This document shows, one piece after another, positions 10,619 through 21,285 of a stretch of DNA of 64,000 nucleotides (the first letter of the stretch is position 1; each line of letters starts with the position of its first letter). The stretch lies in contig CAXXFL010000006.1 in assembly GCA_963674965.2 (NCBI GenBank), forward strand, positions 256,001-320,000. Reading direction: 5' to 3'. The translations under genes were made by a program, and so were the position numbers. Under the pieces are notes generated by a model that worked only from the letters and a program-made list of their open reading frames with translations, was not told the DNA's origin and ran no database searches. The stretch comes from a bacterium. GTDB lineage: Bacteria > RBG-13-61-14 > DATKZS01.

Positions 10619-10921
10619 TTACTTGTCTCCCATTGTATCCTTAGCCCCTGATAATTCTTTGAAAGAGGCTTCGAGGTTCTCCCAATTTTCCTCAATGTCG
10701 GACTTGAAGCCGTCCCACTTCTCGCTGCCCGCCGCTTTGACCTCGTCCAACTTTGCCCGCGCCTCCGCGAGCTTTTGCTTGAGCGGATCAATGCGCTGGT
10801 GATGGGCGGCCTTGGTCTGAGCGTCGGTCGCCTCGGTCTTGTGCACAAGCGAGTCGAGTTTCTCCTCCCACCGCTTGATCAGCTTTTCCATCTTTTTCAC
10901 GTTTTCTTCCATCTTGGTCAT
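10619..10921 (-). CDS. Small coiled-coil stress protein (sll1863-like)
   Basis: WEEKLDxL...KLDEVKAAGSEKWDGFK pattern; paralogue of 11745-12026. Confidence 0.75.
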   Translation of the reverse strand: MTKMEENVKKMEKLIKRWEEKLDSLVHKTEATDAQTKAAHHQRIDPLKQKLAEARAKLDEVKAAGSEKWDGFKSDIEENWENLEASFKELSGAKDTMGDK

Positions 10922-10957
10922 GAATCTCTCCTTGCGGTCTCGGATTCGAGCTCGGCG

Positions 10958-11458
10958 TTATTCTTGCGCCGAGGCCACGATTAGTCCCCATTCCGCCTGG
11001 GGGGCGTCATTTACGGTGAGGGATAGAGAATACTTTCCTTCCTCTAGTTCCGTCGGAAGGGCGAAGGTCATGCCGCCGACCACTTCCCCCTCGTTCACGT
11101 TGTGGTCGAGGAGCGAAACAACGCGGCCGTCCTGGTCTTGGATCAAGACCTCGACCTCGGCGTCAGCCGGGGCGCGCCCGCGCAGAGCGAAGGCGAACTC
11201 CTGGCCGGGAGCCACTTTCATGGTCGTGCCGGATTCGTAAATGCCCCCTGTGGCATAGTCAACCACCAGCGCAACCACGCCCGGGACCACCGCCGCGAGC
11301 AGCCACAGGCAATCCATAATTAAGGCCGAATTGTCAATAGTACCGCCCGTCTGCCCTTTGCGCTCCGGATGCATAAGAATCCCGCAGTTTACGGTTGCCA
11401 AGGTCAATGCGGCCATTATCGCCAGCGTCAAAACCTTGTTTTTCAATAAACGTTTCAT
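10958..11458 (-). CDS. Putative lipoprotein/membrane protein
   Basis: Signal peptide ending in Cys (NCGILMHPERKGQ), then a hydrophobic segment (DCLWLL...PGVVALVVD). Confidence 0.7.
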   Translation of the reverse strand: MKRLLKNKVLTLAIMAALTLATVNCGILMHPERKGQTGGTIDNSALIMDCLWLLAAVVPGVVALVVDYATGGIYESGTTMKVAPGQEFAFALRGRAPADAEVEVLIQDQDGRVVSLLDHNVNEGEVVGGMTFALPTELEEGKYSLSLTVNDAPQAEWGLIVASAQE

Positions 11459-11561
11459 TATTTTTCCCTTTCTTGAGATGCACCGGACCGTCAAGCGACC
11501 GGATGCTTCTCGGTTGATAACCCTAACCGTTACAAAGGGGTTATAGTCAAACGAGCGCTTC

Positions 11562-11720
11562 CTAGAACGCCCTTCGACCCTGTATGACTCGCACCAGCAC
11601 CGCGATAATGGCCGCCACCAACAGAAGGTGAATGAGCCAGGCCATGCCGCCGACCGAAACGTGGGTTAATAAACCCGCCAGCCACAGAATCACCAGAATT
11701 GCCACAATCATCCAAAACAT
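11562..11720 (-). CDS. lmo0937-family small membrane protein (52 aa)
   Basis: Not in ORF track. Manual translation MFWMIVAILVILWLAGLLTHVSVGGMAWLIHLLLVAAIIAVLVRVIQGRRAF*; AGAGGA RBS. Confidence 0.85.
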   Translation of the reverse strand: MFWMIVAILVILWLAGLLTHVSVGGMAWLIHLLLVAAIIAVLVRVIQGRRAF

Positions 11721-11744
11721 TTGATCCTCTTTTCGATATTGCTA

Positions 11745-12026
11745 TCATTTCATCATCTCTTCAAAGGCGTTTTCGAGGTCCTTCCAGGCGGCCTCGAGGC
11801 CCGCCTTGAGGCCGTCCCATTTCTCGCCGTCCGCTTTTCGGAACTCCTCGAACTTCACCCGTGCCGCCGCGCGCTTCTGCTTTATTAAGTTTATCCGCTT
11901 GTGGTACTCGATTTGAGGCTGTGCTTCGGCCATGGCGGCCCGATCTTTAAGGTCCAGCCGGTTGAATTTCGTTTCCCATCTCTTAAGTTGCGCCTCCATC
12001 TTCTCCACGTTTGGTTCCGTTGTCAT
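11745..12026 (-). CDS. Small coiled-coil stress protein (sll1863-like)
   Basis: VEKMEAQLKRWE...EKWDGLKAGLEAAWKDLENAF; AAGGAGG RBS. Confidence 0.75.
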   Translation of the reverse strand: MTTEPNVEKMEAQLKRWETKFNRLDLKDRAAMAEAQPQIEYHKRINLIKQKRAAARVKFEEFRKADGEKWDGLKAGLEAAWKDLENAFEEMMK

Positions 12027-12067
12027 CACTCCCTCCTTTCTCATTCGCAAACCCGAGGGTCTGCCAT

Positions 12068-12280
12068 TTAAGCCGCATCTAAATGGGTTTTCTGCCGAGG
12101 ACGCGCCAGGAATACTATCTCGCGACCATCCATGCGCATGACGTCGCCGAGCATGATGGCGACCAGAGGTCCTTTGGTCGGGTCTGAAAGAGGGAGTTCG
12201 TCAACTTCGTCGTAAAGGGCTTCCACCATATCCCCCAGAGTGCATCCGAATTCTCGATCCTCCATTGGGCAACTCATCAC
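12068..12280 (-). CDS. Hypothetical protein
   Basis: Paralogue of 30585-30794 (CxLGDxVEALYDEVxELPLSD). Confidence 0.7.
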   Translation of the reverse strand: MMSCPMEDREFGCTLGDMVEALYDEVDELPLSDPTKGPLVAIMLGDVMRMDGREIVFLARPRQKTHLDAA

Positions 12281-12321
12281 TTTTCCCCCCTTTTCGGGAA
12301 ATGGTTTAAAAAGGCCATCTG

Positions 12322-12999
12322 TTATTTCAAGAATAGCCGTTTGGATATCACGTCCTCGGGTTCGGATGCCTCGTTCTGACTATCGAGCCGTAGAGCCAGG
12401 GCATGAGGGTTTTTCCAGGCCCATCCGTTCTCTCCCTGAAGTTCGGCCTGGTACGCGGCTTCGTGCCGGAAGGCGGTGATCGCCGACTCGATATGACTGA
12501 CCAGGACCGGCGTCGAAAAGGGCTTGGGCAGAAAAGCGTATCCTCCTCGCTCGATGACGGCTTGACTGATGGTCTCGGGGTCATCGCCGGAAATTACAAT
12601 GACCGGCAGCTCGGGACGTTGGCGCTTGAACTCGCTCAAGAGGTCCAGGCCGCTCCCGTCGGGAAGTTGCACGTCCAGCACCGCGGCGTCGGGGGCATGC
12701 ATATTGTATATCTCCCGTGCTTCCGCCAGGGTGTGGGCCAACAGGAACTTCCACTGGGGTCGGATTTCATTCATATACCGAGTGGCGGTCTTGACCAGGT
12801 CGATGTTGTCATCCAAAAATAGCAGCTTCGTGGGCATGATTGTTTCTCCTTCCCGTGTTGAGGGCATTTCCCGCGCTTGTCCATTGATTCTCCACTTGCG
12901 CTGTAATTTTTCAGCCACCTTAGTCAGTTTGGAATCAGAGGCCCGCGGGAAATGACGTCTTAAAATGTTGATGATGATTTCGCTTCTGACCTGTGTCAT
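12322..12999 (-). CDS. Response regulator receiver protein with N- and C-terminal extensions
   Basis: FLDDN, VLDVQLPDGSG, ISG, FLPKPF; no recognisable DNA-binding domain. Confidence 0.85.
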   Translation of the reverse strand: MTQVRSEIIINILRRHFPRASDSKLTKVAEKLQRKWRINGQAREMPSTREGETIMPTKLLFLDDNIDLVKTATRYMNEIRPQWKFLLAHTLAEAREIYNMHAPDAAVLDVQLPDGSGLDLLSEFKRQRPELPVIVISGDDPETISQAVIERGGYAFLPKPFSTPVLVSHIESAITAFRHEAAYQAELQGENGWAWKNPHALALRLDSQNEASEPEDVISKRLFLK

Positions 13000-13125
13000 T
13001 TTTCTCGCCTCCTTGATTCCGCGCTTTGATCCGGCACATGGTAATCGGATACTGGTTTCATTCATCGCCCTTTTTCCTGTAGTCCATCCGCCCTACCTGG
13101 CAACACTCCAGCCGCCCGCTGTCCG

Positions 13126-13440
13126 TTACTTAAGGATATTGACGCCGACCAGAAATTGATAGGGGTCAGCGGAGGACTGCGGGCGGGCAATGCACCAACT
13201 CACTTTAATCGGGACTTGTTCCATTTCGCATGAACTGGGCAACCGAGCAAAAAGAACGCCGCGCAGTCCCGGCTTTATATTGGCAACTGACGACAGACCG
13301 ACCCCGGTGGAAGTCACATCTCTTATTTTCACCTCGTTCAAGGCCCCTCCGAAAACGGCAAACCCCTCAAAGTTGAATCGCATTCTGTGTTCAGCGCGTC
13401 TATCTTTCATCGTGATGATCCTTTCCTCTTCGGGGAACAT
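13126..13440 (-). CDS. PilZ domain protein
   Basis: RxxxR (DRRAEHR) and DxS/TxxG (DVTSTG) c-di-GMP-binding motifs. Confidence 0.8.
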   Translation of the reverse strand: MFPEEERIITMKDRRAEHRMRFNFEGFAVFGGALNEVKIRDVTSTGVGLSSVANIKPGLRGVLFARLPSSCEMEQVPIKVSWCIARPQSSADPYQFLVGVNILK

Positions 13441-13458
13441 ATAGCCGCATTATTGACT

Positions 13459-13746
13459 TCAATTAACAACTTCAAGAACCCTGTAATCAGTTATCCGGAT
13501 TGTTCTAATCCCCGTTTTCGCCGCCCGGATGAAACCCTTGACCTCGACCCTCTTTCGAATATGATCGAAGAGTTTATCTCCCATTGCGTCCCGCTCAATT
13601 ACAAAATCCAACTCCTTGTCGGTGGATAAAACGATAGATGCCATGGCCGAATGCTCATCTCTGTCGCCGGGGATAATGACCCCCTTAAGGAGTAATTCTT
13701 TTCCCCTTAATCCCGCTTCCAGTATCTTATGCTTATCGTTGTTCAT
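13459..13746 (-). CDS. Hypothetical beta-rich protein, first gene after the promoter cassette
   Basis: Intact copy of a gene present as fragments near 32546-32703, 35840-35900 and 48640-48730. Confidence 0.7.
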   Translation of the reverse strand: MNNDKHKILEAGLRGKELLLKGVIIPGDRDEHSAMASIVLSTDKELDFVIERDAMGDKLFDHIRKRVEVKGFIRAAKTGIRTIRITDYRVLEVVN

Positions 13747-13777
13747 CGATCTTTTTCGTTGTCCTTAGTTATTACTA

Positions 13778-13924
13778 TTCATACATCATGCCAATTATCT
13801 AAGTACCTGATATTTAAACATTCACTTAACAACATGGGCCATGTTTTGGAACGAGGAAGTCCGATTTACGTATGCGTTGCGGTCCTCAAACAGGGTGAGA
13901 AAGATGGAACCGGCAAAGTTTGCC
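13778..13924 (-). promoter_or_regulatory. Putative sigma54 promoter cassette, copy A
   Basis: Minus strand TGGCATGATGTATGAA (13778-13793; -24 match, -12 is GA rather than GC), IHF consensus TATCAG-N4-TTA (13800-13812), palindrome GGCAAAGTTTGCC (13912-13924); directly downstream of a GAFTGA activator gene. Confidence 0.62.
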
Positions 13925-14059
13925 CCGGCCGCGCCTTCCCGAGTAAATCCCCGGCAGGCAGAAAGGACTGAAAAAGTTAACTTAATATTCGGTCTGAATT
14001 CGTGGAATCAGGAGAATTGCGTAAAAAGAATGGAAGGACTGGGCGAGTGGATTTGGGCC

Positions 14060-15505
14060 TTAAAGTTCCGATTTTTTCTTTTTGCTCTTCCGCCGGGGGG
14101 ATTTGTATTTGGCTTTATCTATCTTATATTTTGTCAACAGCTTATTAAGTTGGCGGACCCCAATCCCCGCGGCCAGAGCGGATTCATCGATTCTTCCCTT
14201 GTATTCGGCCAGCAGTTGCTTCAAGTATTGGCGGCGGACGCTGTCGATGGCCTCCTGCGTGACTGTGGCCATGGGGAGCGCGGTGTTGAGATGGATTTGG
14301 GCCGTCGAGCCCCCGGAAAAGAGTTCGGACGGAAAGCTCTCCGGGGTGAGTTCGCTGGATTGCTCCACAATATGGGCGCGCTCGATCAGATTCTCCAACT
14401 CGCGGATATTTCCAGGCCAAGGATATCTCAGCAAGGCTTCCATGACGCCGGGATGGATCGAAAGAATTTTCTTGCTGCGCTCGCGATTGCACTTGTCTAA
14501 AAACTCCTGGACAAGAACATCAATGTCCTCGGCTCTCTCCCGCAGCGGAGGGATCTCGAGCGGGAAAACATTCAAGCGGTAATACAGGTCCTCCCGGAAA
14601 CTCCCCTCCTGGATCGCGGCCTGCAGATCCAGGTTGGACGCGGCGATTACGCGAACATCCGCTTTAATCGTGGCCTCGCCGCCGACGCGGGAATAGATTT
14701 TTTCCTGCAAAACCTGTAAGAGTTTGATCTGGATCGATTGGGCCACGGTCCCGATCTCATCGAGAAAAATTGTTCCGCCCTGGGCGATTTCGAACTTGCC
14801 CAGTTTTTTTGTGATCGCGCCGGTGAACGCTCCTTTCTCGTGGCCGAACAGTTCGCTCTCGACCAGGGTTTCGGGGATGGCGCCGCAATGGACGCTGATG
14901 AATTGACTCTCGTTGCGGCTGCTGTGGCGGTGGATGAGCTTGGCCATGACCCCTTTGCCCGTGCCGGTCTCTCCGGTCAAAAGGACGGTGGTCAGGGTCG
15001 GGGCCACCGACCGGATCTGGTCGATGACTTTTTGCATCACAGGGCTTTGGGTGCGGACAATGGAGCCGGATTCGTCTTTCCAGAACTGGTCGCGAAGGTA
15101 CTCCAACTCTGAATGAGTTCTGATGGTCTTCGTGATGTTCTCCATAACCAGGCGCACTTCTTCCTGATCAAGAGGAGAGATGAGATAATCGTTGGCGCCT
15201 TCCTTCACTGCCTGAACAAGTTCGCGGATGTTGTTCTGAGGCGACGTCACTATGATCGGAGTCAGGGGAAAGACTTTCATAAACGGTCGGAAGGCCTTGT
15301 TGTAATCGACCTTGGAGCGGGACTGGCCAAGCGGAGCTAAAATGGTTAGATCAATGAAAATGACTGAACACTGCCGTTCGAGGAACTTGGCCAGACCTGA
15401 TTTCCGGTCTCCCGCGGTCTCAAAGACATACTCTTCTTCTCCCAAATATCTCTGGAGGGAGGAGACCATGGCATCATCTTTGGTGACTATGAGAATAGTG
15501 TTCAT
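14060..15505 (-). CDS. Sigma54-dependent activator (NtrC/Fis family) with atypical receiver domain
   Basis: [48 protein letters not shown]-terminal HTH. Confidence 0.95.
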   Translation of the reverse strand: MNTILIVTKDDAMVSSLQRYLGEEEYVFETAGDRKSGLAKFLERQCSVIFIDLTILAPLGQSRSKVDYNKAFRPFMKVFPLTPIIVTSPQNNIRELVQAVKEGANDYLISPLDQEEVRLVMENITKTIRTHSELEYLRDQFWKDESGSIVRTQSPVMQKVIDQIRSVAPTLTTVLLTGETGTGKGVMAKLIHRHSSRNESQFISVHCGAIPETLVESELFGHEKGAFTGAITKKLGKFEIAQGGTIFLDEIGTVAQSIQIKLLQVLQEKIYSRVGGEATIKADVRVIAASNLDLQAAIQEGSFREDLYYRLNVFPLEIPPLRERAEDIDVLVQEFLDKCNRERSKKILSIHPGVMEALLRYPWPGNIRELENLIERAHIVEQSSELTPESFPSELFSGGSTAQIHLNTALPMATVTQEAIDSVRRQYLKQLLAEYKGRIDESALAAGIGVRQLNKLLTKYKIDKAKYKSPRRKSKKKKSEL

Positions 15506-15799
15506 CCAAGACTTGATTTTATCACACTTCCAATCTCATTTTAAAGTGGTGAGGACATGGATCGAGGCGTGGGCGCTGATTGTCCGGAGTTTTTTCGAAG
15601 GAGAAAATCCTGATGAATGATCTTGCGAAGAACTCAATCGTGGATGTCGTTCTTCAATGCCCAGAGGAGGGTTCAGCAAAATATTCTTAGGTCGTCCTTT
15701 GCAATCTGATTGGACACAAAAAGGCTGTTAATTTTTGAAAATACTCAGTGACAGAAAATTAAAATCAAATTATTTCAGAAGGTTGTAAGGAGGAAAAAT

Positions 15800-17077
15800 T
15801 TAAGGCTGCGGGATCATACCCGCAGCCTTTCGCTCTCTAAATACCTGAATTAAATCAATTAAATGGAGGCGGCGGGAATCGAACCCGCAAGCCATTTGGC
15901 GATTTTCGTCTTGTAACACAAGGGATTTTAAGGGGTTTTTGGTGTGCACAGGTGCACGAGCATCGTCATGGTGCACGTATTTAGCACACCTTTTTTGTTC
16001 ACTTATGTCCCTGGACAGCTTCTCTGTCAGTTGGGATAACCTTTGATGCGAGGTTTTGGCATAGGTGTTCATCGTCAGTTCAGGAGTGCTGTGCCGGGCC
16101 AATGCCTGGGCCTCTTTAACGTTTGCGCCAGCCTCGATCACCCTGGTGATAAAGATTGATCTGAAGGAATGGAAGTCTACTTTTCCTTCCGGAGTGGACT
16201 TGGGGATATCGGCGGCCTCCAAATCCTTGTCGAGCTCACGAGCGGTATGAGAAGGGACATAAAGGAGAGGAGAGCTTGGAGGTTTGCCGAAGGATTCTTT
16301 TTCCAGTTTTTCAAACAGCCATCTCGGTATTGGCTGAATGCTTTGCTTCCGGTTCTTGGTCCAGCGAGCGTGAAGGTTGAGCCCGCAAGCGTCCGGGTTC
16401 AGGTCCTTCACCTTGAGTGAGCGTATCTCTTTGGCGCGAAGGCCAGTGCTGAGAGCTACCTCATAGAGCAAGCACCTATCTTCGGGCGCGGCTTCCAGGA
16501 GTCTTTGTATTTCTTCCGGGGTCATTGCCCGCCGGTAACTGCGAGGCCGGGTATTGTACCCGGATAAATTCTTCAGCGGGTCTTCCAACAGATAGCCTCG
16601 ATCAACTGCCCAGTTGCAAAAGGCGCACAAGGACTCGCTGTAGTTCTGAAGAGTCTTCCCACTCCGGCCTTCAGCATGGAGTTTCCTCATGGCTGATTCG
16701 ACACGTGGAAGGATTCCATCGAGGTCGGCAAGGATGCGAAGACCGAGACGTTCTTTCCACCATTCAAGATGAGCCTTCCTCATCCTGGCGTGGACCTCGC
16801 CCCAAGGCATGCCGTTTCGTCCACCTTTGGACTCACCCCAGGCCCTGTATTCATCCACGACCTCGGAGAATGGGCGCTTTCGCTCTTCATGAAATTTTTT
16901 CGGAGGAGGCCGATAACCGAGGCTTACCTGGCGATGCTCGTCCTCAAGCCGCTCGGCCATCCGCTTGGTTTCGGTCCTGTTCGTAGTGCCGGTAAAGAAC
17001 TTCCTCTTTCCCTTGGAGTCATTGTACCATGCTTGGTACTTCCCGTTCTTAAGCGGTTTTTTTCTTACCCCTGCCAT
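15800..17077 (-). CDS. Tyrosine recombinase/integrase
   Basis: TGLRAKE (R), TKN (K), FHSFR (HxxR), LARH...TMNTY (H, Y); N-terminal arm-binding-like region. Confidence 0.93.
   Translation of the reverse strand: MAGVRKKPLKNGKYQAWYNDSKGKRKFFTGTTNRTETKRMAERLEDEHRQVSLGYRPPPKKFHEERKRPFSEVVDEYRAWGESKGGRNGMPWGEVHARMRKAHLEWWKERLGLRILADLDGILPRVESAMRKLHAEGRSGKTLQNYSESLCAFCNWAVDRGYLLEDPLKNLSGYNTRPRSYRRAMTPEEIQRLLEAAPEDRCLLYEVALSTGLRAKEIRSLKVKDLNPDACGLNLHARWTKNRKQSIQPIPRWLFEKLEKESFGKPPSSPLLYVPSHTARELDKDLEAADIPKSTPEGKVDFHSFRSIFITRVIEAGANVKEAQALARHSTPELTMNTYAKTSHQRLSQLTEKLSRDISEQKRCAKYVHHDDARAPVHTKNPLKSLVLQDENRQMACGFDSRRLHLIDLIQVFRERKAAGMIPQP
15802..15829 (-). terminator. Intrinsic terminator-like hairpin downstream of the att fragment
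   Basis: AAGGCTGCGGG-atcata-CCCGCAGCCTT followed by a T-rich run on the minus strand; homologue at 54207-54230. Confidence 0.75.
15861..15888 (-). repeat. att site: displaced 3' end of tmRNA (ssrA)
   Basis: Minus strand GCGGG-TTCGATT-CCCGC-CGCCTCC-A, i.e. T-arm plus 3' acceptor strand typical of tmRNA; 26 bp identical to 54264-54289; overlaps the integrase 3' end. Confidence 0.8.
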
Positions 17078-17620
17078 GATAAGCTCATTCGCTGTAAAGC
17101 CACTGATTAAGCGGCTTAGCGCTGTTTATGATTATAGCACAGATGCAGAAGATTTCAGTAAAATAATTGACCTGGAGATCCCAAAATTTGTCTATGCTGG
17201 GGATTGTAATGGTTGTGTGCGGCTTTTGTAGGTTGTTTGTATGATTTCGGATTATCAATTTTACCCATAAAAATTTTCTTTTTGCTTTCATAATCCCCAA
17301 CGGTGGTTTCTTCATGATGAGCTCAAACAAATGCATTCAATAGTTATCCGGTACTGTGGGACTTGAACCCCCACAGGAGAGGTGTGCTCATACCGATGCA
17401 AAAAGAAATTTAAGCTATTATATCAGCCACTTACAGGCAAGATAAAATATGTTAGGGAAATCACAATAACGGTAGAATGCGGGTTTGCTGCGATTTTTTT
17501 TGGTAGACTTTTGGTAGAGTACCGATCGGTACAACTGATCGAACGGTTGGTAAACAAGCACAACGAGGCTGGACGAGATCACGAAGTCTCTGGCACGGTC
17601 TGCAGCCATGCCGATGCGCA

Positions 17621-18514
17621 TCATTTTGCCTCTTTGCTCAGCGCTTCGAAGCCTGAAATAACGTCGAACAGTTCCTCATCGATCCCGCTCTGGCGCAAAC
17701 GATGGAATGTCCCGTTGAGGTCCTCCAGCAATTCGTCGATGTTTTTGTCCGCGCGTTGCATAGCCGCCAGGCGGCTCGCGTTCTCGCTGGCGAGGGATTC
17801 GGCGCACGCCCGGAAGAGTGAGACAAAAAGATATTCGCGGATGAGCGCCCGCAAGGTCGCGTTGCCGCCACCCATAACCTCGGGCAAGTTTCCCGTCGGC
17901 CAGGGGAGTTCAGCCAGTTTTAGACGCCAGGCTTCATCCAGCGGCAGCAGCCGCTTGGTTACGGGCGCATAAACCGCCCCGGATGTAGGACGGTTGTAGA
18001 AGAGATGGAGTTCGCCGACCTCGCCCCGGCTGTGACGTGTCTCGCTCTCCACGAGAATCTGCCCGACAAGCGGGGTGATGGCCTTGACGGAGTTCGGCAC
18101 GGTGAAAACGCTCAGCAGCGGCAGGCCCGCGTCCGCCATCCGCGCATGAACGCGCTCACCGACGGCCCAAATTTCGGGTTTGCCCGGCAAAGCCTCCAGC
18201 GTCTTGACCGCATAATCGGCCACCACATCATTAAACTGGCCCACCAGTCCCTGGTCTGAACCAAACACGACCGCGCCAATCGCTCCTGTAACTGTTTGTT
18301 TTTTCCGCTCCGCGATTAAGGGCGCCGAACCGCCTTCCCTGAAACATGCGCCCAACCCCAGTTCCACAATGTGATAGTAGTCGGCCAAGGCGCTCACCGA
18401 TTTTTCGTATTGTCCGATGCTCGAGGCGGCCACGACCTTCATCGTGCGGACGACGGATTGGAGATCTCCCGCGCCTTCAATCTTTCGGCGCAGACTCGCC
18501 GTGGTTTCGCTCAT
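17621..18514 (-). CDS. atpG: N-type (alternate F1F0) ATPase gamma subunit
   Basis: [42 protein letters not shown]. Confidence 0.95.
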   Translation of the reverse strand: MSETTASLRRKIEGAGDLQSVVRTMKVVAASSIGQYEKSVSALADYYHIVELGLGACFREGGSAPLIAERKKQTVTGAIGAVVFGSDQGLVGQFNDVVADYAVKTLEALPGKPEIWAVGERVHARMADAGLPLLSVFTVPNSVKAITPLVGQILVESETRHSRGEVGELHLFYNRPTSGAVYAPVTKRLLPLDEAWRLKLAELPWPTGNLPEVMGGGNATLRALIREYLFVSLFRACAESLASENASRLAAMQRADKNIDELLEDLNGTFHRLRQSGIDEELFDVISGFEALSKEAK

Positions 18515-20115
18515 GTCTTTCCCTCTGGTTCAGGCTTATTAGGTTTAGGTTTGACCTCCGGTTGGACTTCCTGTTTGGACTCTGGCTCAGGCTTGGGCTG
18601 GAAGCGAGCAAGCGACTTGCGAGCGAGTTGGATAATCGTTTCACGGTCATCGTCGCTCAATTTTTCGGCGGTATCCAATCGCTCGCTCACTTCGGCCGGA
18701 ATATCGGCTGCCGCCTCGCGCAAAGCCTGCTCGGCGTCCGTCATCTGTTCAAGCGGCACGCGGTCGAAGAGTTCCGCAGTCAACGCCAGCAGCACTGCTA
18801 TTTGCTCGGGCACGGACACCGGGGTGAATTCCGGCTGTTTGAGGCAAGCGCGAATTCGCCTTCCGTGCTCGATGATCTTGCGGGTGTCTTCATCCACGCG
18901 GGCTCCGAACCTGGAAAAGGTTTCGAGTTCCTCAAACTGCGCGTAACCGAGTTTGAGGTCGCCCGCGACTGCACGGTAGGCCGCGCGTTGCGCTTTACCG
19001 CCAACGCGCGAAACGGATTTTCCGACATCGACCGCGGGCAGCACGCCCAGTTCGAAGAGCGACGGCGAGAGGTAGATCTGCCCGTCCGTGATGGAAATCA
19101 AGTTGGTCGGAATATAGGCGGAAATGTCCTGCGCTTCGGTTTCGATGATGGGCAGTGCGGTAAGGGAGCCGCCGCCAAGCTCCTTGCGCAAGTGCGTCGA
19201 GCGTTCGAGCAGCCGCGAGTGGATGTAAAAGATATCGCCGGGAAACGCTTCGCGACCGGGCGGACGGCGGAGCACAAGAGAAAGTTCGCGGTAGGAGCGC
19301 GCGTGATGGGTGAGGTCGTCGTAAACAATCAGTACATCTCGGCCCGCTTCCATGAAAGACTCAGCGATGCTGGTTGCGGCGTAAGGAGCGATATAAGCGA
19401 GACCCGGCGGGTCGTTGCCCTCGGTCACGACGACGACGGTGTAATCCATTGCGCCCTTTTCCCGCAAGGTTGCCACAGCTTTTGCGACGGCGGACGCGCG
19501 TTGACCGATCGCACAATAAACGCACAGCATCTGGTGGTTGCGCTGATTGAGGATGGTGTCGATCGCAATGGCGGTCTTGCCCGTCTGGCGGTCGCCGAGA
19601 ATCAACTCGCGCTGGCCGCGCCCAACGGGAATGAGCGCATCGATGACTTTTAGGCCGGTCTGGAGAGGCGCTGTGACGGGAGCACGGTCCATGATAGGCG
19701 TGGCGGGGCGTTCAACTGGCAGACGCTTGCTGGAATCCACCGGACCGTTGCCATCAAGTGGCCGACCGAGCGGGTCGATGACGCGTCCCAGCAATCCGTC
19801 GCCCACAGCCACGTCCATGACACGGCCCGTGCGCTGAACTTCATCTCCAGCGTGGAGATGCCAGTATTCGCCGAGCAGAACGACGCCAATTTCGTCTGCG
19901 TCCACGTTGAACGCAATGCCGAGCACAGCGCCGGGAAAGGTTACCAGTTCATCATATTCAACGCCCGGGAGTCCCGACACCTTGGCAATGCCGGTGGAGA
20001 CACTGGTGATCGTACCCACCTCCCGTGGCGTCAGTTGTGGCGTGAATACTTCCCGCACTTGGCTGATTCCATCAAACGCGCTGTCGAAAACTTTCTGGAG
20101 GCTCTCAGGTTCCAT
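18511..20115 (-). CDS. atpA: N-type ATPase alpha subunit
   Basis: [35 protein letters not shown]. Confidence 0.97.
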   Translation of the reverse strand: MEPESLQKVFDSAFDGISQVREVFTPQLTPREVGTITSVSTGIAKVSGLPGVEYDELVTFPGAVLGIAFNVDADEIGVVLLGEYWHLHAGDEVQRTGRVMDVAVGDGLLGRVIDPLGRPLDGNGPVDSSKRLPVERPATPIMDRAPVTAPLQTGLKVIDALIPVGRGQRELILGDRQTGKTAIAIDTILNQRNHQMLCVYCAIGQRASAVAKAVATLREKGAMDYTVVVVTEGNDPPGLAYIAPYAATSIAESFMEAGRDVLIVYDDLTHHARSYRELSLVLRRPPGREAFPGDIFYIHSRLLERSTHLRKELGGGSLTALPIIETEAQDISAYIPTNLISITDGQIYLSPSLFELGVLPAVDVGKSVSRVGGKAQRAAYRAVAGDLKLGYAQFEELETFSRFGARVDEDTRKIIEHGRRIRACLKQPEFTPVSVPEQIAVLLALTAELFDRVPLEQMTDAEQALREAAADIPAEVSERLDTAEKLSDDDRETIIQLARKSLARFQPKPEPESKQEVQPEVKPKPNKPEPEGKT

Positions 20116-20120
20116 GTTTA

Positions 20121-20939
20121 TTAGCTCTCCGTTTCGGGCTCAGGTTCTTCAGGTTTAGGCTCGGCTTTAGCTTCAGGTTTTTCCTTCTCTTTCAGAAGTT
20201 CAGCGACGCCCTTTTCCAGCGACGTCAGATAATCCGCGATGCTCCACGCCACCTTTTGTCCATTCGTGGTGAGTTCAATGCCGCTGATCAGGTCCGGCGC
20301 GGTCTCGAATCGGACGTGGATTTCAGCCGAGAAAGTTTCGTTGAGCGCGTTTTGTATCGCCGCGCGTTGTTCCGCGGGCAGATCAAACGTGCTGCGCACG
20401 AGCGCTGGGTCGGACGCTGTCTTAAGGGCCTCGGCGAGGCCTGCTTTCGCCTGGCCGTCCATCTCTCGCAAGCGGCGAGTGAATACCTCTCCCAGGCGTT
20501 CTTCCAGACTTGTCGTGGCGAGATCCGTCAGCGCCTTTCGCGCGATGGCAAACACTTCCTCCCGGGTCCGGCGACTGATGGCTTGGTTTAAGCTATGCGC
20601 GTCGTTTCTCATCGTTTCCATCCGATTGGCACTTAAGGCCTCTGCCTCCTGCCGCGCTTCGTCGAGGAGCCGCTGACGTTCGGCTTTCGCCTCGGCCGTC
20701 GCCTTGCTCAAGAGTGTGGCGCGATGCTGGTCGAACTCCTCATTTTTGTGCTTGAACTCATCACTCTCCTTTTGGGCTTCGGCCTTTTTCTGGTCGGCGT
20801 TTGCGAGTTCTGTGGCGATCCGCTTCTCCCGCTCATCGATGGCGTGAAGGATGGGTTTGAAAAGGAAGCGCTTCATCAACCACACCAGGATTAGAAAGTT
20901 GAGCGCCTGTGCTCCAACTGTGAACCAATCGATCAACAT
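20121..20939 (-). CDS. atpF: N-type ATPase b subunit (long form with delta-like C-terminus)
   Basis: [21 protein letters not shown]..., coiled coil, C-terminal PDLISGIEL...KVAWSI. Confidence 0.93.
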   Translation of the reverse strand: MLIDWFTVGAQALNFLILVWLMKRFLFKPILHAIDEREKRIATELANADQKKAEAQKESDEFKHKNEEFDQHRATLLSKATAEAKAERQRLLDEARQEAEALSANRMETMRNDAHSLNQAISRRTREEVFAIARKALTDLATTSLEERLGEVFTRRLREMDGQAKAGLAEALKTASDPALVRSTFDLPAEQRAAIQNALNETFSAEIHVRFETAPDLISGIELTTNGQKVAWSIADYLTSLEKGVAELLKEKEKPEAKAEPKPEEPEPETES

Positions 20940-20943
20940 AGGT

Positions 20944-21225
20944 TTACTTTCCTGTGGCTTGGGCGATGACGTGGTTCCAAAACGGGTTGGCGAAAATGAG
21001 AATCATCGAGACCACGAAACAGTAGATGGCCGTTGACTCGATCATCGCCAGGCCCACGAACAAGGTCCGAGTTATGGTAGCGGAGGCATCAGGCTGCTGG
21101 GCCAACGAACTCAGTGCCGTTGCGACCGCCTTCCCTTCCGCCAGCGCAGGCCCCATAGTGCCAAAACCGGTGGTGATGCCGGCGATGACAATCGATGCCA
21201 CCGCGATAATAGTCATGTTATCCAT
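20944..21225 (-). CDS. atpE: N-type ATPase c subunit
   Basis: AQQPD loop, Glu in helix 1 (ALAEG), ESTAIY Na+-ligand motif. Confidence 0.95.
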   Translation of the reverse strand: MDNMTIIAVASIVIAGITTGFGTMGPALAEGKAVATALSSLAQQPDASATITRTLFVGLAMIESTAIYCFVVSMILIFANPFWNHVIAQATGK

Positions 21226-21285
21226 AGTATCTCCTATGATGGTTGTCTACCCAACCTTTTAAATTAGCTGAATTATTTTACAAAC

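Noticed and set aside
15861-15888. Complete tRNA or tmRNA gene at either att copy
   Set aside because: Only the T-arm and 3' acceptor strand are present; upstream DNA is integrase or island sequence with no 5' acceptor strand.
17085-17400. Excisionase or regulator upstream of the integrase
   Set aside because: AT-rich DNA with no convincing RBS or HTH pattern in the short ORFs.
18346-19653. Long antisense ORFs (also 21472-22320, 28476-29324, 36596-37492, 38507-39520, 44585-45580, 50825-52153)
   Set aside because: They lie opposite well-supported genes and show no recognisable motifs; shadow ORFs.
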